Shown piece after piece: positions 47,601 to 59,300 of a stretch of DNA of 64,000 nucleotides. Below the pieces are notes generated by a model. It worked only from the letters and a program-made list of their open reading frames with translations. It did no database searches and was not told where the DNA came from. Origin of the DNA: Felis catus (taxonomy: Eukaryota); contig NC_058382.1 in NCBI RefSeq assembly GCF_018350175.1, positions 8,184,001-8,248,000 on the forward strand. Direction: 5' to 3'. Numbering within the stretch: position 1 is the first letter of the stretch; every line of letters begins with the position of its first letter. The position numbers and the translations under genes are program-made.

Positions 47601-48956
47601 CAGGAGAGAGAGGTCCTTCAGAGCTTTGCTGTCCGATAGATAATGTCTGCAGTGCTGGAAACAACGCTGTGTGTGTGCGCTGTTGGGCGTGGTACCCGCT
47701 AGCCGTGTGTGGCTACTAAGTACTTCGAGGAGGCCAACGCAACGGAGGAAGGGACTTTTAAATGTTGACTTTAATCAGTCACAACTTAAATGTGAATGGC
47801 CACAGGGGCTACTGGCTCCTATCAGGAGAGGGTGGCCTTGGGGGGTTGAAGAGCAGTTAAAACTGCCAACCACCTGGGCCTCCAGAATCCTGGAACGTCC
47901 CTGCGGGAGCGCGCTCCTGTGGGTGGGGGGGGGGGGGGGTGCACATCTTCCAGCCCCACCCCATGGGAGGAGGAATGTTTAAGATTGTGCCACCACTGTG
48001 GGGACTTGGCCCAGATCAGCGGCCATCTGGTCATGGTGGTGTAGGGATGTTGGGCTTCAGGTCAGGGATGAAGGTGAGGCTGTTTGTTACTCAGGTCTGG
48101 GGGGCAGGGAGGGGGAAGGGGAGGGTCTTCTTCCCATGCCTCACTAAGCTCTCGGGCCTCCAGAACTGATTGCCTTCATTGAAGGAAGCGGACACTCACC
48201 ACGCTACACCCTCTGGTTCTGCGTTGGGGAGCCATGGCCCCAGGACCAGCCGTGGATCAAGAAGCTCGTGATGGTCAAGGTGCTGCGGGCCTGGGCTCCT
48301 GGAGCTAAAGGGGGGGGATCTTAACAAAGGGCAGAGGAACTACAAGTCCCAGAAGCCCCTCTGAAAAACTACAACTTCCAAGAGTCTCTGCAACCACCAG
48401 ATTCTCATCCAGAGGAGCTTCTGGGTGTCCCTCTCTTCTCCTCACCCCTACAACCTGTTTTGAACTCTCAAAACCATGTGGAAGTCGGTGGACTACGAGT
48501 CCTCACAGTCTCTGTGAGGAACCACAGCTCCTAGGAGTCCTTCTGACCACAAGCTGCTCAGCCCTAGCTTCTGGGAACCCCTCCAGCACCTCAGCCCTAG
48601 GAAACTTCTTGGACCTCTGGTGGTTGTGGTTATAGGGAAAACTACAACTTCCGGCAGCCCTGGGCCAAGTAGTTCACCCGGAGTTACAGTGTAGGGGCTG
48701 CTGGGAGTTGTAGTCCACTCAACCCTACCCCTGCCCGTGAACCAGGTGGAGTGTTTTCCCTGACCGGTCTCCCCCCCACTTCCTGCAGGTTGTTCCCACT
48801 TGTCTCAGGGCCCTGCTGGACATGGCACGGTCAGGGGGCGCCTCCTCACTGGAGACCACCGTGGACCTGCACATCTCCAACAGCTACCCACTCTCCCTCA
48901 CCTCGGACCAGTACAAGGCCTACCTCCAGGACCTGGTCGAAGACATGGATTTCTAG
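44622..48956 (+). CDS. IRF3: Interferon regulatory factor 3, 7 coding exons, 420 aa
   Basis: Exons 44622-44786, 45654-45825, 45911-45981, 46663-46855, 46954-47331, 48164-48279, 48789-48956. They sum to 1263 nt. Trp-repeat DNA-binding domain ([12 protein letters not shown]...RIPWKH...), IAD, and C-terminal phospho-cluster [23 protein letters not shown]. Confidence 0.99.
45297..45500 (+). mobile_element. CAN-SINE in IRF3 intron 2
   Basis: SINEC body with TSD agaaagcaaaggttttcaag. Confidence 0.9.
47620..47830. mobile_element. MER3-like hAT MITE remnant
   Basis: gctgtccgataga ... ctagccgtgtgtggctactaagtactt ... ggccacaggggctactggct. Confidence 0.55.
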
Positions 48957-49021
48957 GTCACTGGGGAGATCTGACCCCTCACTCCTCATGGATGATGGCC
49001 TCTTGTGCCCTCACCTTGGCC

Positions 49022-49027
49022 AATAAA
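49022..49027 (+). terminator. IRF3 polyadenylation signal AATAAA
   Basis: AATAAA 65 nt after the stop codon, followed by a GT-rich tract. Confidence 0.85.
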
Positions 49028-50389
49028 CTGTTTCTTACCACTGTCACCACTTGTGTGTCTGGTATTCAGGGTCTCCGGGCTAGCCCTGACGCAGGCCAGG
49101 CATTATTCCTTCTTAGGGCATCAGCTGACCCGTCTGTGCAACCCACAACCCAGATGCTCACTGCCCAAGGACCAGACACTGCGGGGGCAGCTGATACTGG
49201 TCACCTCCTTTCCCCTTCCCAGGGACCTGGTGAGGAGGTGTGACAGTCCCCTCCGTTTTATAGACCAAGACACTGAGGCTTGGAGAAGAGCAAAAGTCAA
49301 GACAGTAGGAAACACAGGACGGGTTAGAAACCAGGCCGGATTCCAGGGTTGCTGCTCTGCGAGGGAGGCCCCAGGGCAGAATCTAGAACCTCTGTCTCAT
49401 TTATAAACAGTTCAGGCCCCTGTCCAGTAAGCAGAGAGCCTTGTCCTGTTGGCTGGGGGCACCTTGGGTCCCCTCCCAGCTCCTGCCAGGTGACCTCTGG
49501 CCCTGGACTCCCTGCTGCGTGGGGCTGGAGCAGGCAGTTGTAAAGGAGCTCCGTGCCCCAGCCCTGAAGCCCGCCCACTCCGGTGACCCAGGCCTACTAC
49601 CTCTCCTCACCACGTCTGGGTTCTGGGTAATGTGGACTGACGAAGGCCAGTGTGGCCCGGACTCACTGTGTGGCCCTTGCCGCTCTGTGCCTCAGTTTCC
49701 CTCTACCTCAGGAGAATGGGTAATCTCACCCCAGCCTCGAAGGACTGGTAAAAAGGGAATCCAACTAAATGGGGGACAAAAGTCCTGTTGCTGAGGCAAT
49801 TCCAGGGCAGACAAATAGCACCCAGGTGCCCTTAGCCTGGAAGACACTGAACAGGTGGGACCTGGGACCCCAACCTCCCACCCGCCACCATTTTCTGTCA
49901 ACAGCAACCACTTGTTATGTAGCTGATACGGCGGTTCTAAGTACGTCACTTGCCTGGGTCTTCGTCCTTGTAACACCCACTTCAAGGATCAGGAAACTGA
50001 GGCCCAGAGAGAGAAAAGCACTTCCCCCGAGTCACACCCTGCTAACCACCCTCAGACCTGGGTCAGACCTGGGCAAGTCTCTTCCCAACCCTTTCCCAAA
50101 CTGGTCTCTGAAAAGAAAGGGCTGAAATCATGGGGCTCGGGGCTAACATTTCATGAAATCTTTAATGAAACTGGGGGAGGGGCAGAAACAGAAGGGAGGG
50201 GCGATGGGGACAGGCTTGGGGGCAAGGGGCACAGGGCTGGGCAGGGCAGGGAGGGGGCTCTCCTCTTCCCTGCAGCAACCCTCCCCCAATCATCCCACTG
50301 ACGGGGCGGGGGAGGGAAGTGGGGAGGTGGAGCCATAAATACGTCCAGAATTCCAAAGAGGCGAAGGAGGGAAGGGGTGGCCGAGGGTC

Positions 50390-53300
50390 TCAGAGAGGGG
50401 GCAAGGGCAGGCCTGGGCCACCCTTGTCAGGGGGTCCAGGCTCCTTGGGCGGCCGCGGGGGCCCTGGGGGGTCCCCCGGCTTGCGGCCATGCTTGCGGAA
50501 GTAGCGGTAGCGTTGGACGTAGGCCCGCACCAAGTTGCTCACCTTCACTGGGTTGATCTCCCCGCTTTTGCTGTGGCAGATCTAGGGGGTGAGAGGCAGC
50601 TGTGGTCACCTCCAGCCCCCCAGGGTCCCCTCCACCTGGACTGCTGACTGCTGAGCACAGCTGCGAACTGGGATGGGAGCCGCTCCCCCAGATTCCGGAC
50701 CAACACCCCTACGTGTCCCCCTGATGTCAGCGGGACAGGCCCAGGTGGGCTTGAGCAAATCCTGTCCCCTCCTCACCTTCCACACTGACCCACCATCCCC
50801 GGCTCCCCATGCATGCACATGTCTCCTTCTTGTCCTCTCCCCACTTCTGCGGATCTGTCCCCCGCTGGGCCCCACCTNNNNNNNNNNNNNNNNNNNNNNN
50901 NNNNNNNNNNNNNNNNNNNNNNNNNNNNNNNNNNNNNNNNNNNNNNNNNNNNNNNNNNNNNNNNNNNNNNNNNNNNNNNNNNNNNNNNNNNNNNNNNNNN
51001 NNNNNNNNNNNNNNNNNTGACGGGGAGGGAAGGAGGGACAGCAAAGGCCGGATGAGTTCCTGCGGAACCCCAGGCCTCCACTCACCTGCCTGCCAGCTCA
51101 GCCTCCTTGACACATCCAGCTACTCCTGGAGGTGGAGGTCCTGCTCAGGATCTGCCCTGTGTTACCCTTGCTGCGGTCACCCCAGACCACAGGCCAGGCC
51201 GGGCCTCTGAACATCACTTGAACATCACCTAGGCTGGACCTGGGGCTATCCCCGGTGGCCTTGACCAGGACACGTATGTCCACTGCCCATACAAAATTTA
51301 CATGAAGTAAAATGGGGCACTTGGGTGGCTCAGTTGGTTGAGTGTCCGACTTCGGCTCAGGTCACGATTTCACAGTTTGGTTCAAGCCCCGCATCGAGCT
51401 CTATGCTGACAGCTCAGAGCCAGGAGTCTGCTTCAGATACTGTGTCTCCCTCTCTCTCTGCCCCTCCCTCACTTGTGCTCCCTCCCTCTCTAAAATAAAT
51501 AAATAAACTGAAAAAAAAAAAATTTACACAAAGGAAGAAATAGGCGACACCATCATCTGGCAATTGGCTGTTTGACCAGAATGGCCTTTTTGGACCTGAC
51601 CGAAAGGAAAACCGGCCTGAGGCCTGTGAGTAGAAGCCAGATGTAGCTGAACGGAAACTGGTTTGTTCCCACTCGTGCATCTGAATCAAAGTTTAGTTCC
51701 TTGGGGTGCCTGGGTTCCTTCTTCAGTCGGTTAAGCATCTGGCTTCCACTCAGGCCACCATCTCACTGTTATTGAGTTTGAGCCCTGCATTGGCTCTGTC
51801 CTGACTGCTTTGGATTCTGTGTCTCCCTCTCTCTCTCCCCCTCTGCCGCTCACACTCTCTCTCTCGCTCTCTCAAAAATAAACATTGAAAAAAAATTTTA
51901 GTTCCATACAATTCAACGACTTCTGTTTTATCTGAGTTCCCACCTGTTGGCATCAGTCTGCTATTCTCCTCGGGCCCCTGCACTTCAGCATCTGCAAAAC
52001 TGTCACCATCAACCCACCTCTCCCAAACCCAGCTCACCTTGTCTGTGTCCCCACGTCCCTCGGAGCTGCTGCTGCCCTCTCGCTTGTCAGATGCTGCAGC
52101 CAGCCCAGTGGGGGTGGGAGGGGTAGAGCCGCAGCCCCCCAGGGGGAGGCTGCCAGGGAGCAGGTAGCTGGAGGGGCCAGGGGGCAGACCCAGAGAGGTG
52201 GGCACAGGAGCTGGGGTCACCCCCAGACCGGAGGGTGGCTTTCGGTGGCTGAGGATCTGTCGGAAGAGGTTGGAGAGCGGATGAATAAAGGGAGGGGGAG
52301 GGGAAGAGGGAACACGTACCCCCATCCTTCCCACCCTGACTTCCAAATTGTCCCAGAGGCAAGAGGCCCCTCCTCCTGCCGACCCCTTCCTTGTCCCAAG
52401 GTCTGCTGAGAATTGTAGTTCCTCTCCTAATCAGAGTCAGGGGACAAGAAGAGGGACTGTGGGGACTCTTCCCCAGAGGGGCCCACCTGGTTGGTGGCCT
52501 GGATCAGCTCCTGGGCCTTTGCTCGGCTCGCCAGATTGGCTTCTTCCATCTTGAAGAGAAGTGCAGTCACTGCAAGAGGCAGAGAGTCAAGGACAAGGAC
52601 ATCAGGAGCTGACACAAGAGGTCACCCAGGCACCTGCTGCCATCTTACCCCCATCTCCCCCCGGGGGAGAGACCATAGGTTTCGGGCTCAGAACTGGGAA
52701 AAGGGGACGTTGGCCAGTGAGAGAACGGCTCCGCGCCCCACATATTCTTAGGACTCAAGGTATGTGTGTGGTCCGGGGGGGAAATAGGGCCAGGTCATTC
52801 AAGGACGAGGTAGCGGCAAAGGTGAGATTCTGTCTCAAGCCCCCTGTGCCCTATTGCTATCCCTTAAGGGACAACGCTCCCTGCTCACCCTGTTCTTCCT
52901 GGTCCCTCCACCACACCCAACCTCGTCCACCTCCGGGCGGACCCCAGAACACGGCCCACTCCTCCAGCCTGTGCTGGGCTGGCCACCCCCTCTCCCCCCC
53001 ACTCACCTGCCTGCTCTCCTCCAGCACAGCCAGACATCTACCAGCCTTCTAGACAGCCCCTCATCAGCCCTCACCCACCCAAGCCCCTCGCAGTCTGGGT
53101 CACTGTGCACCTACCCCCTCCAAAGCATCCCCACTGCCTCCAAGCCTGTCCCCACAGGACCTGGTCCTCCCCGATCCTGTCTGTCCCAGCCCGCGCCCCC
53201 CACCCCAGGGCACACTCACGGGCCAGGACACCGCTGGTGGTGCAGTCCACACCAGCAGGCAGGTTCCAGGGCATGGGCGGGGGCAGCGTGGGCAGCTGGG

Positions 53301-56300
53301 AGACACGGGTAGCCGGCCCATCCTCTGCCCCTGAGTCACCGGCTGTGGACCCCGCGCTAGGGGCAGTGCTCGGGGCAGCTGCGGCCGTGCTGGTGGCCGT
53401 GGTGGTGGCAGGCTGCTGCTCTTCCTCCTCCTCCTCTTCCTCCTCCTCCTCCTCTTCCTCCTCCTCCTCCTCTGCCCCGCCTCGCACCCCAGCCTCCTCA
53501 GCGGCCTCCTCGGGAAGGAAAGAGACCTCGGGAGTCTTGCAGCTGCTGTCCACGGTCTGGGAGTCCGGTGTGAGTGCCGGGGGGGGAGGGGCTGCCTTAG
53601 GGGGCGGGGTGCTAGGGGCCTTGGCCGCCCGCTCTTCCCCGGACCAGGAAGTCTCCTCCACCCCCTTGGCCCCCGCTGCCTGGCTGCAGCTATCCGCCTT
53701 GGACTTCTTCAGCGTCGCAGGGCCGCCGCCGCTCCCACCGCTGCCCCCGCNNNNNNNNNNNNNNNNNNNNNNNNNNNNNNNNNNNNNNNNNNNNNNNNNN
53801 NNNNNNNNNNNNNNNNNNNNNNNNNNNNNNNNNNNNNNNNNNNNNNNNNNNNNNNNNNNNNNNNNNNNNNNNNNNNNNNNNNNNNNNNNNCGCTCATCGG
53901 GCTTGAGGAAAGGGGAGCGGCTCTCCCGGTCGCGGCTGAACTTGACTCCGATGGAGCCCAGGCCAGCGGATGCGGCCTCCTTGGCCGGCGTGGTGCTGCT
54001 GACGCCTTCGCGGATCAGCACCGCCACCTTAGACTGCAGCTTCACCTTCCGGGAGGAGGAGGAGCACGACGAGGAGGACGAGCCGGAGCCGCTGCTGACC
54101 GGTGGCTTTGGCGGAGGCCCCGAGGAGGGCGCTGACTCCTTGGGAGGCCGAGCCTTCTTGGATGACCTGTCCCTGTCCCTATCTCTGTCCCTGTCCCGGT
54201 CCCGATCCCCCCCATCCAGCGCTTTCCGCCGTGATCCCTTCTCCCGGGAGGAAGAGGACGACGAGGCGGCCCCGGAGCGGCGCCGGTCCTTCTCGCCGCT
54301 CTTGCCCCCCCGCTCCTCGGCGCTCAGTCCCTCTGAGTCGTACAGGACCTCGCGCTTGGGCGACGAGGCCGGGGCCGGCGACGGGCCTCGGGGGTCGGAC
54401 TTGTCCGGCCGGCCCACGGTGATGGTCCGCTTGATGGCGAAGAGATCGTGGTCCGTGAGGTCCTGGATGGAAGGTGGCACCGCCCCCCTGCGGCGGCTGT
54501 CACGCTCTCCGCCCAGGGAGCTGGAGCCGGAGGGCGGCTGGGTGGGCACCGGGGCCTTCTCGCTGTCCCCAGACCGCTTCTCGCCCCGGGACCGCGACCG
54601 CTTCTTCTTCTTCTTGCCGCCGCCGCCGTCTCGGTGCTTGCCACGGTGCCGCTCGCGCCTCGAGGACGACGACGAGGACGTGGCCGGGGGCGGGGAGGCC
54701 GAGCGCCGCCGCCGCCGCCGCTTCTCCCGGGACCGCGACCTGCGGCTGCCCCCGCGGCGGCGGTCGGTGCTGCGCGAGCGGCGGCGGGCGGAGCGGGACC
54801 GCGAGCGGCGGCGGGCGGACGACGAGGCGTGAGAGCCCGGCTTGCGGTCCCGGGAGCGGTGCTTCTTGGAGTCCCAGGGGGAGGCCGGGGCCGGCGGGGC
54901 AGGCTGCGCGCTGGACGACGACGACGCGGCCTCCTTGGCCTCGCCGCCGCTCCGCTTGCGCTCCCGCCTCGACTTCTTGCNNNNNNNNNNNNNNNNNNNN
55001 NNNNNNNNNNNNNNNNNNNNNNNNNNNNNNNNNNNNNNNNNNNNNNNNNNNNNNNNNNNNNNNNNNNNNNNNNNNNNNNNNNNNNNNNNNNNNNNNNNNN
55101 NNNNNNNNNNNNNNNNNGTCGGCGGGGCGGGCGCCGGCTCCCCCAGGTCCACCTGCAGGGCGCCCTCGCCGTCTGACTCGGCGTGCAGAGACAGGAAGTC
55201 GTCCCCCTCGGGGGCGCGGGGGGCAGGTGGCGGGGGCGGGGGCTGGGCCGCCGGGGGCGCCGAGGCTGCAGGAGGGGGTCGCGCCGCCCGGCCAGCGGCC
55301 CGGAAGAGGGAGACTGCCACCCTGGGCTCCTCCTCCGGCTGGACGATCTCGCCCTCCTCGATCTCGGAGTCTCCCGGTGGCAGCAGGGTTGGCGGGATGG
55401 CGGCTCCGCCGGCCGTCACCACCTCCACAGAGACCTTGCCTTCCCGACAGGCCTCCGCCTCCGTCCCCACCACGAAGACGCGACGGCGGGTGGCTCCGTC
55501 CACCCGGGTGGAGTCCACCTGTGGAGGCGTTCCAGGGGCCGGAGTCGGTTGTGGGGGCTGGGGGTCCGGGCGGGGGCTCTCATCACCTGGGAAGTCCTGG
55601 CTCAGACTGTTGTCATCGTAGATGCNNNNNNNNNNNNNNNNNNNNNNNNNNNNNNNNNNNNNNNNNNNNNNNNNNNNNNNNNNNNNNNNNNNNNNNNNNN
55701 NNNNNNNNNNNNNNNNNNNNNNNNNNNNNNNNNNNNNNNNNNNNNNNNNNNNNNNNNNNNNNNNNNNNNNNNNNNNNNNNNNNNNNNNNNNNNNNNAGGG
55801 GTCGTACTTCTGCTCCGGAGCAGGTGGTGGGGAATAGGCCTCGTCGGTGGGGTGGAAGGGGTCATAGATGTCGAATCGGGGGGCAGGTGGGGCTGGGGGG
55901 GCTGGAGGAGGTGGAGGCGGGGGAGGCGAAGGGGAGGAGGATGAGGGGGAAGGGGAGGGGGAGGAGGACGCAGAGGATGGGGCAGGGGGTGGGGCAGGGC
56001 CCCCGTCTCCAGTGCCCAAGGTAAGGAGGTGACGGGCACAGGACGGTCGTGAGGAGTGAGACTGCGGAGACACTGTAAAGGAAGAAAGGAGACAGAGAGC
56101 CCCAGTCAGGCACATGTCCTCCTCCCTGGGCCGTGCAGAGGGGGCCGCAGGCCAGTGCCCCGGCCACCACCCCACTCTGGCGGCACCCTGCACTTTGCAC
56201 GGGACAACTCACAGATGCTCCTAATGACTCCAAGCTGGAGGTACTGCGTCCTTTCAGGAGGAAACTGAGGCACAGAGCACTGCAGTATCTTCCCCAAGGA

Positions 56301-59300
56301 CACACAGCAGGGAGAAGGGGGGGGTGCAAACAGCCAATGTAGCCACCGAAGCCACTGAGCCTGTGCTCCCATGTCCTGAGATACACACTGGCCTGCAGCC
56401 CAAGAACCCCCTGACCAGTGTCACCACAGAAGACACAGGCTAGAGAAGGGTCGCTGGGATTTGAACCTAAGACCGCTGCTCCAGCTGCCTCTTGTGGGAA
56501 TCTATCCTGTTTCCTGAAGGGAACTGTGGGCGGCTGAGAAGGTGAATCTCCCTCTCGAGAGCCCAGGAAATGGCAGAGCCAGGGAGCCCTGACAGCCGGA
56601 GTCCACAACCCACGCACTTCATTCTGTGACGAGCCCCATCTGAGGGGCAACATCCGCTCAGGACTCAAAGACACCGCCAACGGGCGACAGGAACAAGCAG
56701 TGTTCGCCCCTCCACATGGGCCAGGCGTCGTGCTTTCCTGCCTAACTTCATCTGTCCTCCCGAGACCCTGCTTTCTGAGGACGACGCGGTCTCCATGCCA
56801 TCAGTCCCACACACGGTGACAACGGACCTGGGCTGCACCTCCGGACACACACACTGGGGTCCAGAGGCCCCACTCAACCACCTACTACAGGGACCCAGAG
56901 ATGGCAAGGGCACCAGCATGGTCATGTAGACAGTGACAGGACAGCAGGGGCTTAAGAGGGCAGTGCCAGGGGCGCCCCGAGTGGCTCAGTCGGTTAAGCG
57001 TCCGACTTCAGCTCGGGTCATGATCTCACAGTTTGTGAGTTCAAGCCCCGCCTCGGGCTCTGGGCTGACAGCTCAGAGCCTGGAGCCTGGCTTAGATTCT
57101 GTGTCTCCCTCTCTCTCTCTCTGCCCCTCCCCAGCTCATACTGTCTGTCAAAAATAAATAAATGTTGAAAAAAATAAAAAAATAAAAGAGGGCAGTCCCA
57201 GAGCCACCTCTCAATCCAATCCTAGGCTCTGGCCCTCACCCGTGACGCGACCAAGGACAAGGAACTCAACCTCTGCCTGCCGTGGTTTCTCCATGTATAC
57301 AATGGGCATGCACTCATTCATTCAGTACATTTTTGCTGATCGCCTCTCTTGTGCCAAGCTGTTTCAGGTACTAGGAACAGAACAGTGAACACAACAGACA
57401 AAAGTCCCTGCCTTCAAGAAATCTCCATGAGCCACGCAGTAAAGTCTGCCAACTGCTGAGGGCTGTGGAAGAAAATAAAGCAGGGAGGACGGTGATGAGA
57501 GCATTCACACATCGCAGGGATGAGGGGACTAGGTGGGCAGCTGTGTGGAACAAACCAGACTGCGTCCGGCCGCACAAGGACTCGGTGAGCACGAGCTATT
57601 CCTACCCTGCTTACGAATTATTACCACCACCGGAAGTGTAAAACACAGACTAGAGCGGTCTGGAAATGCAAGACGGCCCCTCCTTTATGTAATCTTTATA
57701 CGATATGGAATCAGGGATGAGGTTTTTTTCCTAAACTTCTTAATAACTTCCAAATGAAGAAAACCACTTCTAGTAAGAAAATAAAACATACCCCCAGCAT
57801 CTCCCACCAAACAGCTCTTACAGTCCAGATACAACTATATCACCGAAGACCTGGCACCAAATTCCCAACGCCTTCTGTTCTTGTAAATAAAGTTTTATCA
57901 GGACACTGCCACGTCCATTTGTTTATTTATCCTGTAGGCCTTCTAATTTTAAAAGAAATGAAGAGTTTTGGGGGGGTTCCCCAAGGGCGTGGTGGGCCCT
58001 GAGTACAATGCCCCCTGAGCCGAATGGACAAGACATTTCGCAGCTATAAAAAAAGGACAAGGGAAACCGAAACGGGCACAGCGTGTGTGAGCCACGGTCG
58101 GCTCCGAAACAGTCACTTCTGGCTGACCGCGCCGACCTCTCCTCTCCATCCCTCCCAACTGTGGATGCACATGAAGGGGGGGGGGGGGGGGTAGTCTAAA
58201 CCAGGGATTCCCACCAGGGTCCTGGGGGCCAGAAACCTCACCGAGGAACTGGTTAGAAATGCAAATTCCCGGGCCCCACCCCAGACCCACTGAATCAGAG
58301 ATCCTAGGAGTAGGCCCAGGGACCTGTGTATCGACAAAGTCCTCCTCCTCGTGACTCTGATACCCGCCCAAGTCTGAGAAGCTCTACGCTGCTCACAGGG
58401 CTTAACACTCAAAGAGACCTGGGCTACAGGCTCAGGGCCCAGGAGCACCACTCATCTACTGGCTGTGCCACCTTAAACAAGGGACTTCCCTTTTTCAGAT
58501 TCGTCTCCTCTGGAAGACAGAGATGCTAAGAGCCTCCCCCCACCCCACCCCCAATCCCAGGGAGACGAATTCCCAGTGCAGTTACACTGCCACGTAGCGC
58601 CCTGGACACGGAGTGCCTCACACGTGCCGGCCAGGACATCAGCGTTTGCTGTAGGTACGTCTGTAGGTACATAAAGCCTTGCAGTCTAACAGGCAGAGGC
58701 TTAAAGATTTTGTCTAAGTGACAGGATCGCCACTGTCACTACCAACAACAGCTGACTCGTGCAGGACTCCGAGGCCGCCTGCTCAGCTCTGCCCTGGCCC
58801 CACATACCCGTTTTGCCTGTCCTCCAGGCCCTGAGACGGGGCAGCAGGCTAGGCACCGGCAGAGGGATGGGATCCCTGTCCCCGATTCGGACCTCGGCCA
58901 CCAGCTCCAGCATGTCCTCGCTTCTGCAGGGCAGAAGGGGGTGAGTGAGCCTGAAGGAAGCTGCCAGCTCCCCCGCTAAAGGCCTCTCCCACTCCAGCTG
59001 CCCAACTACTCACTCGCCAGGCCGAAGGTCCAGGTGGCTGGGAACCCAGGTATCTGGGGGATCCAGAACGCTCACCAGCCCCGCGAGGAAGCTGTCTGCG
59101 GCCATGTCCAACACCTGGAATAGGCCCATCCCTCTCACGTGAGGGCCCACAAATCGCACTTCCCCAGCCCCTAAACCTTCAGGAACCCAGGCATCTGAGA
59201 ACCCGAGAAAACGCAGAGATCCAACCAATTCCCTCATCCTGACTTGCCCCCAGGACCCAAGGGCCCGGCCCCAGGGATGATGCCCCCAACCCCTCCAACA

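Noticed and set aside
48335-48720. CRISPR-like repeat-spacer interpretation of the IRF3 intron motif array
   Set aside because: Eukaryotic intron; copies are degenerate, irregularly spaced and in both orientations, with no cas genes.
38862-51017. Apparent truncation or missing exons in BCL2L12 (BH2 region) and SCAF1 (penultimate exon)
   Set aside because: The missing sequence coincides with assembly gaps of about the expected size and the visible flanking splice sites are intact, so this is not pseudogenisation.
53105-56024. Long plus-strand ORFs (575, 516, 259 aa)
   Set aside because: They are antisense shadows of the GC-rich SCAF1 large exon and run through N-gaps, with no independent gene signals.
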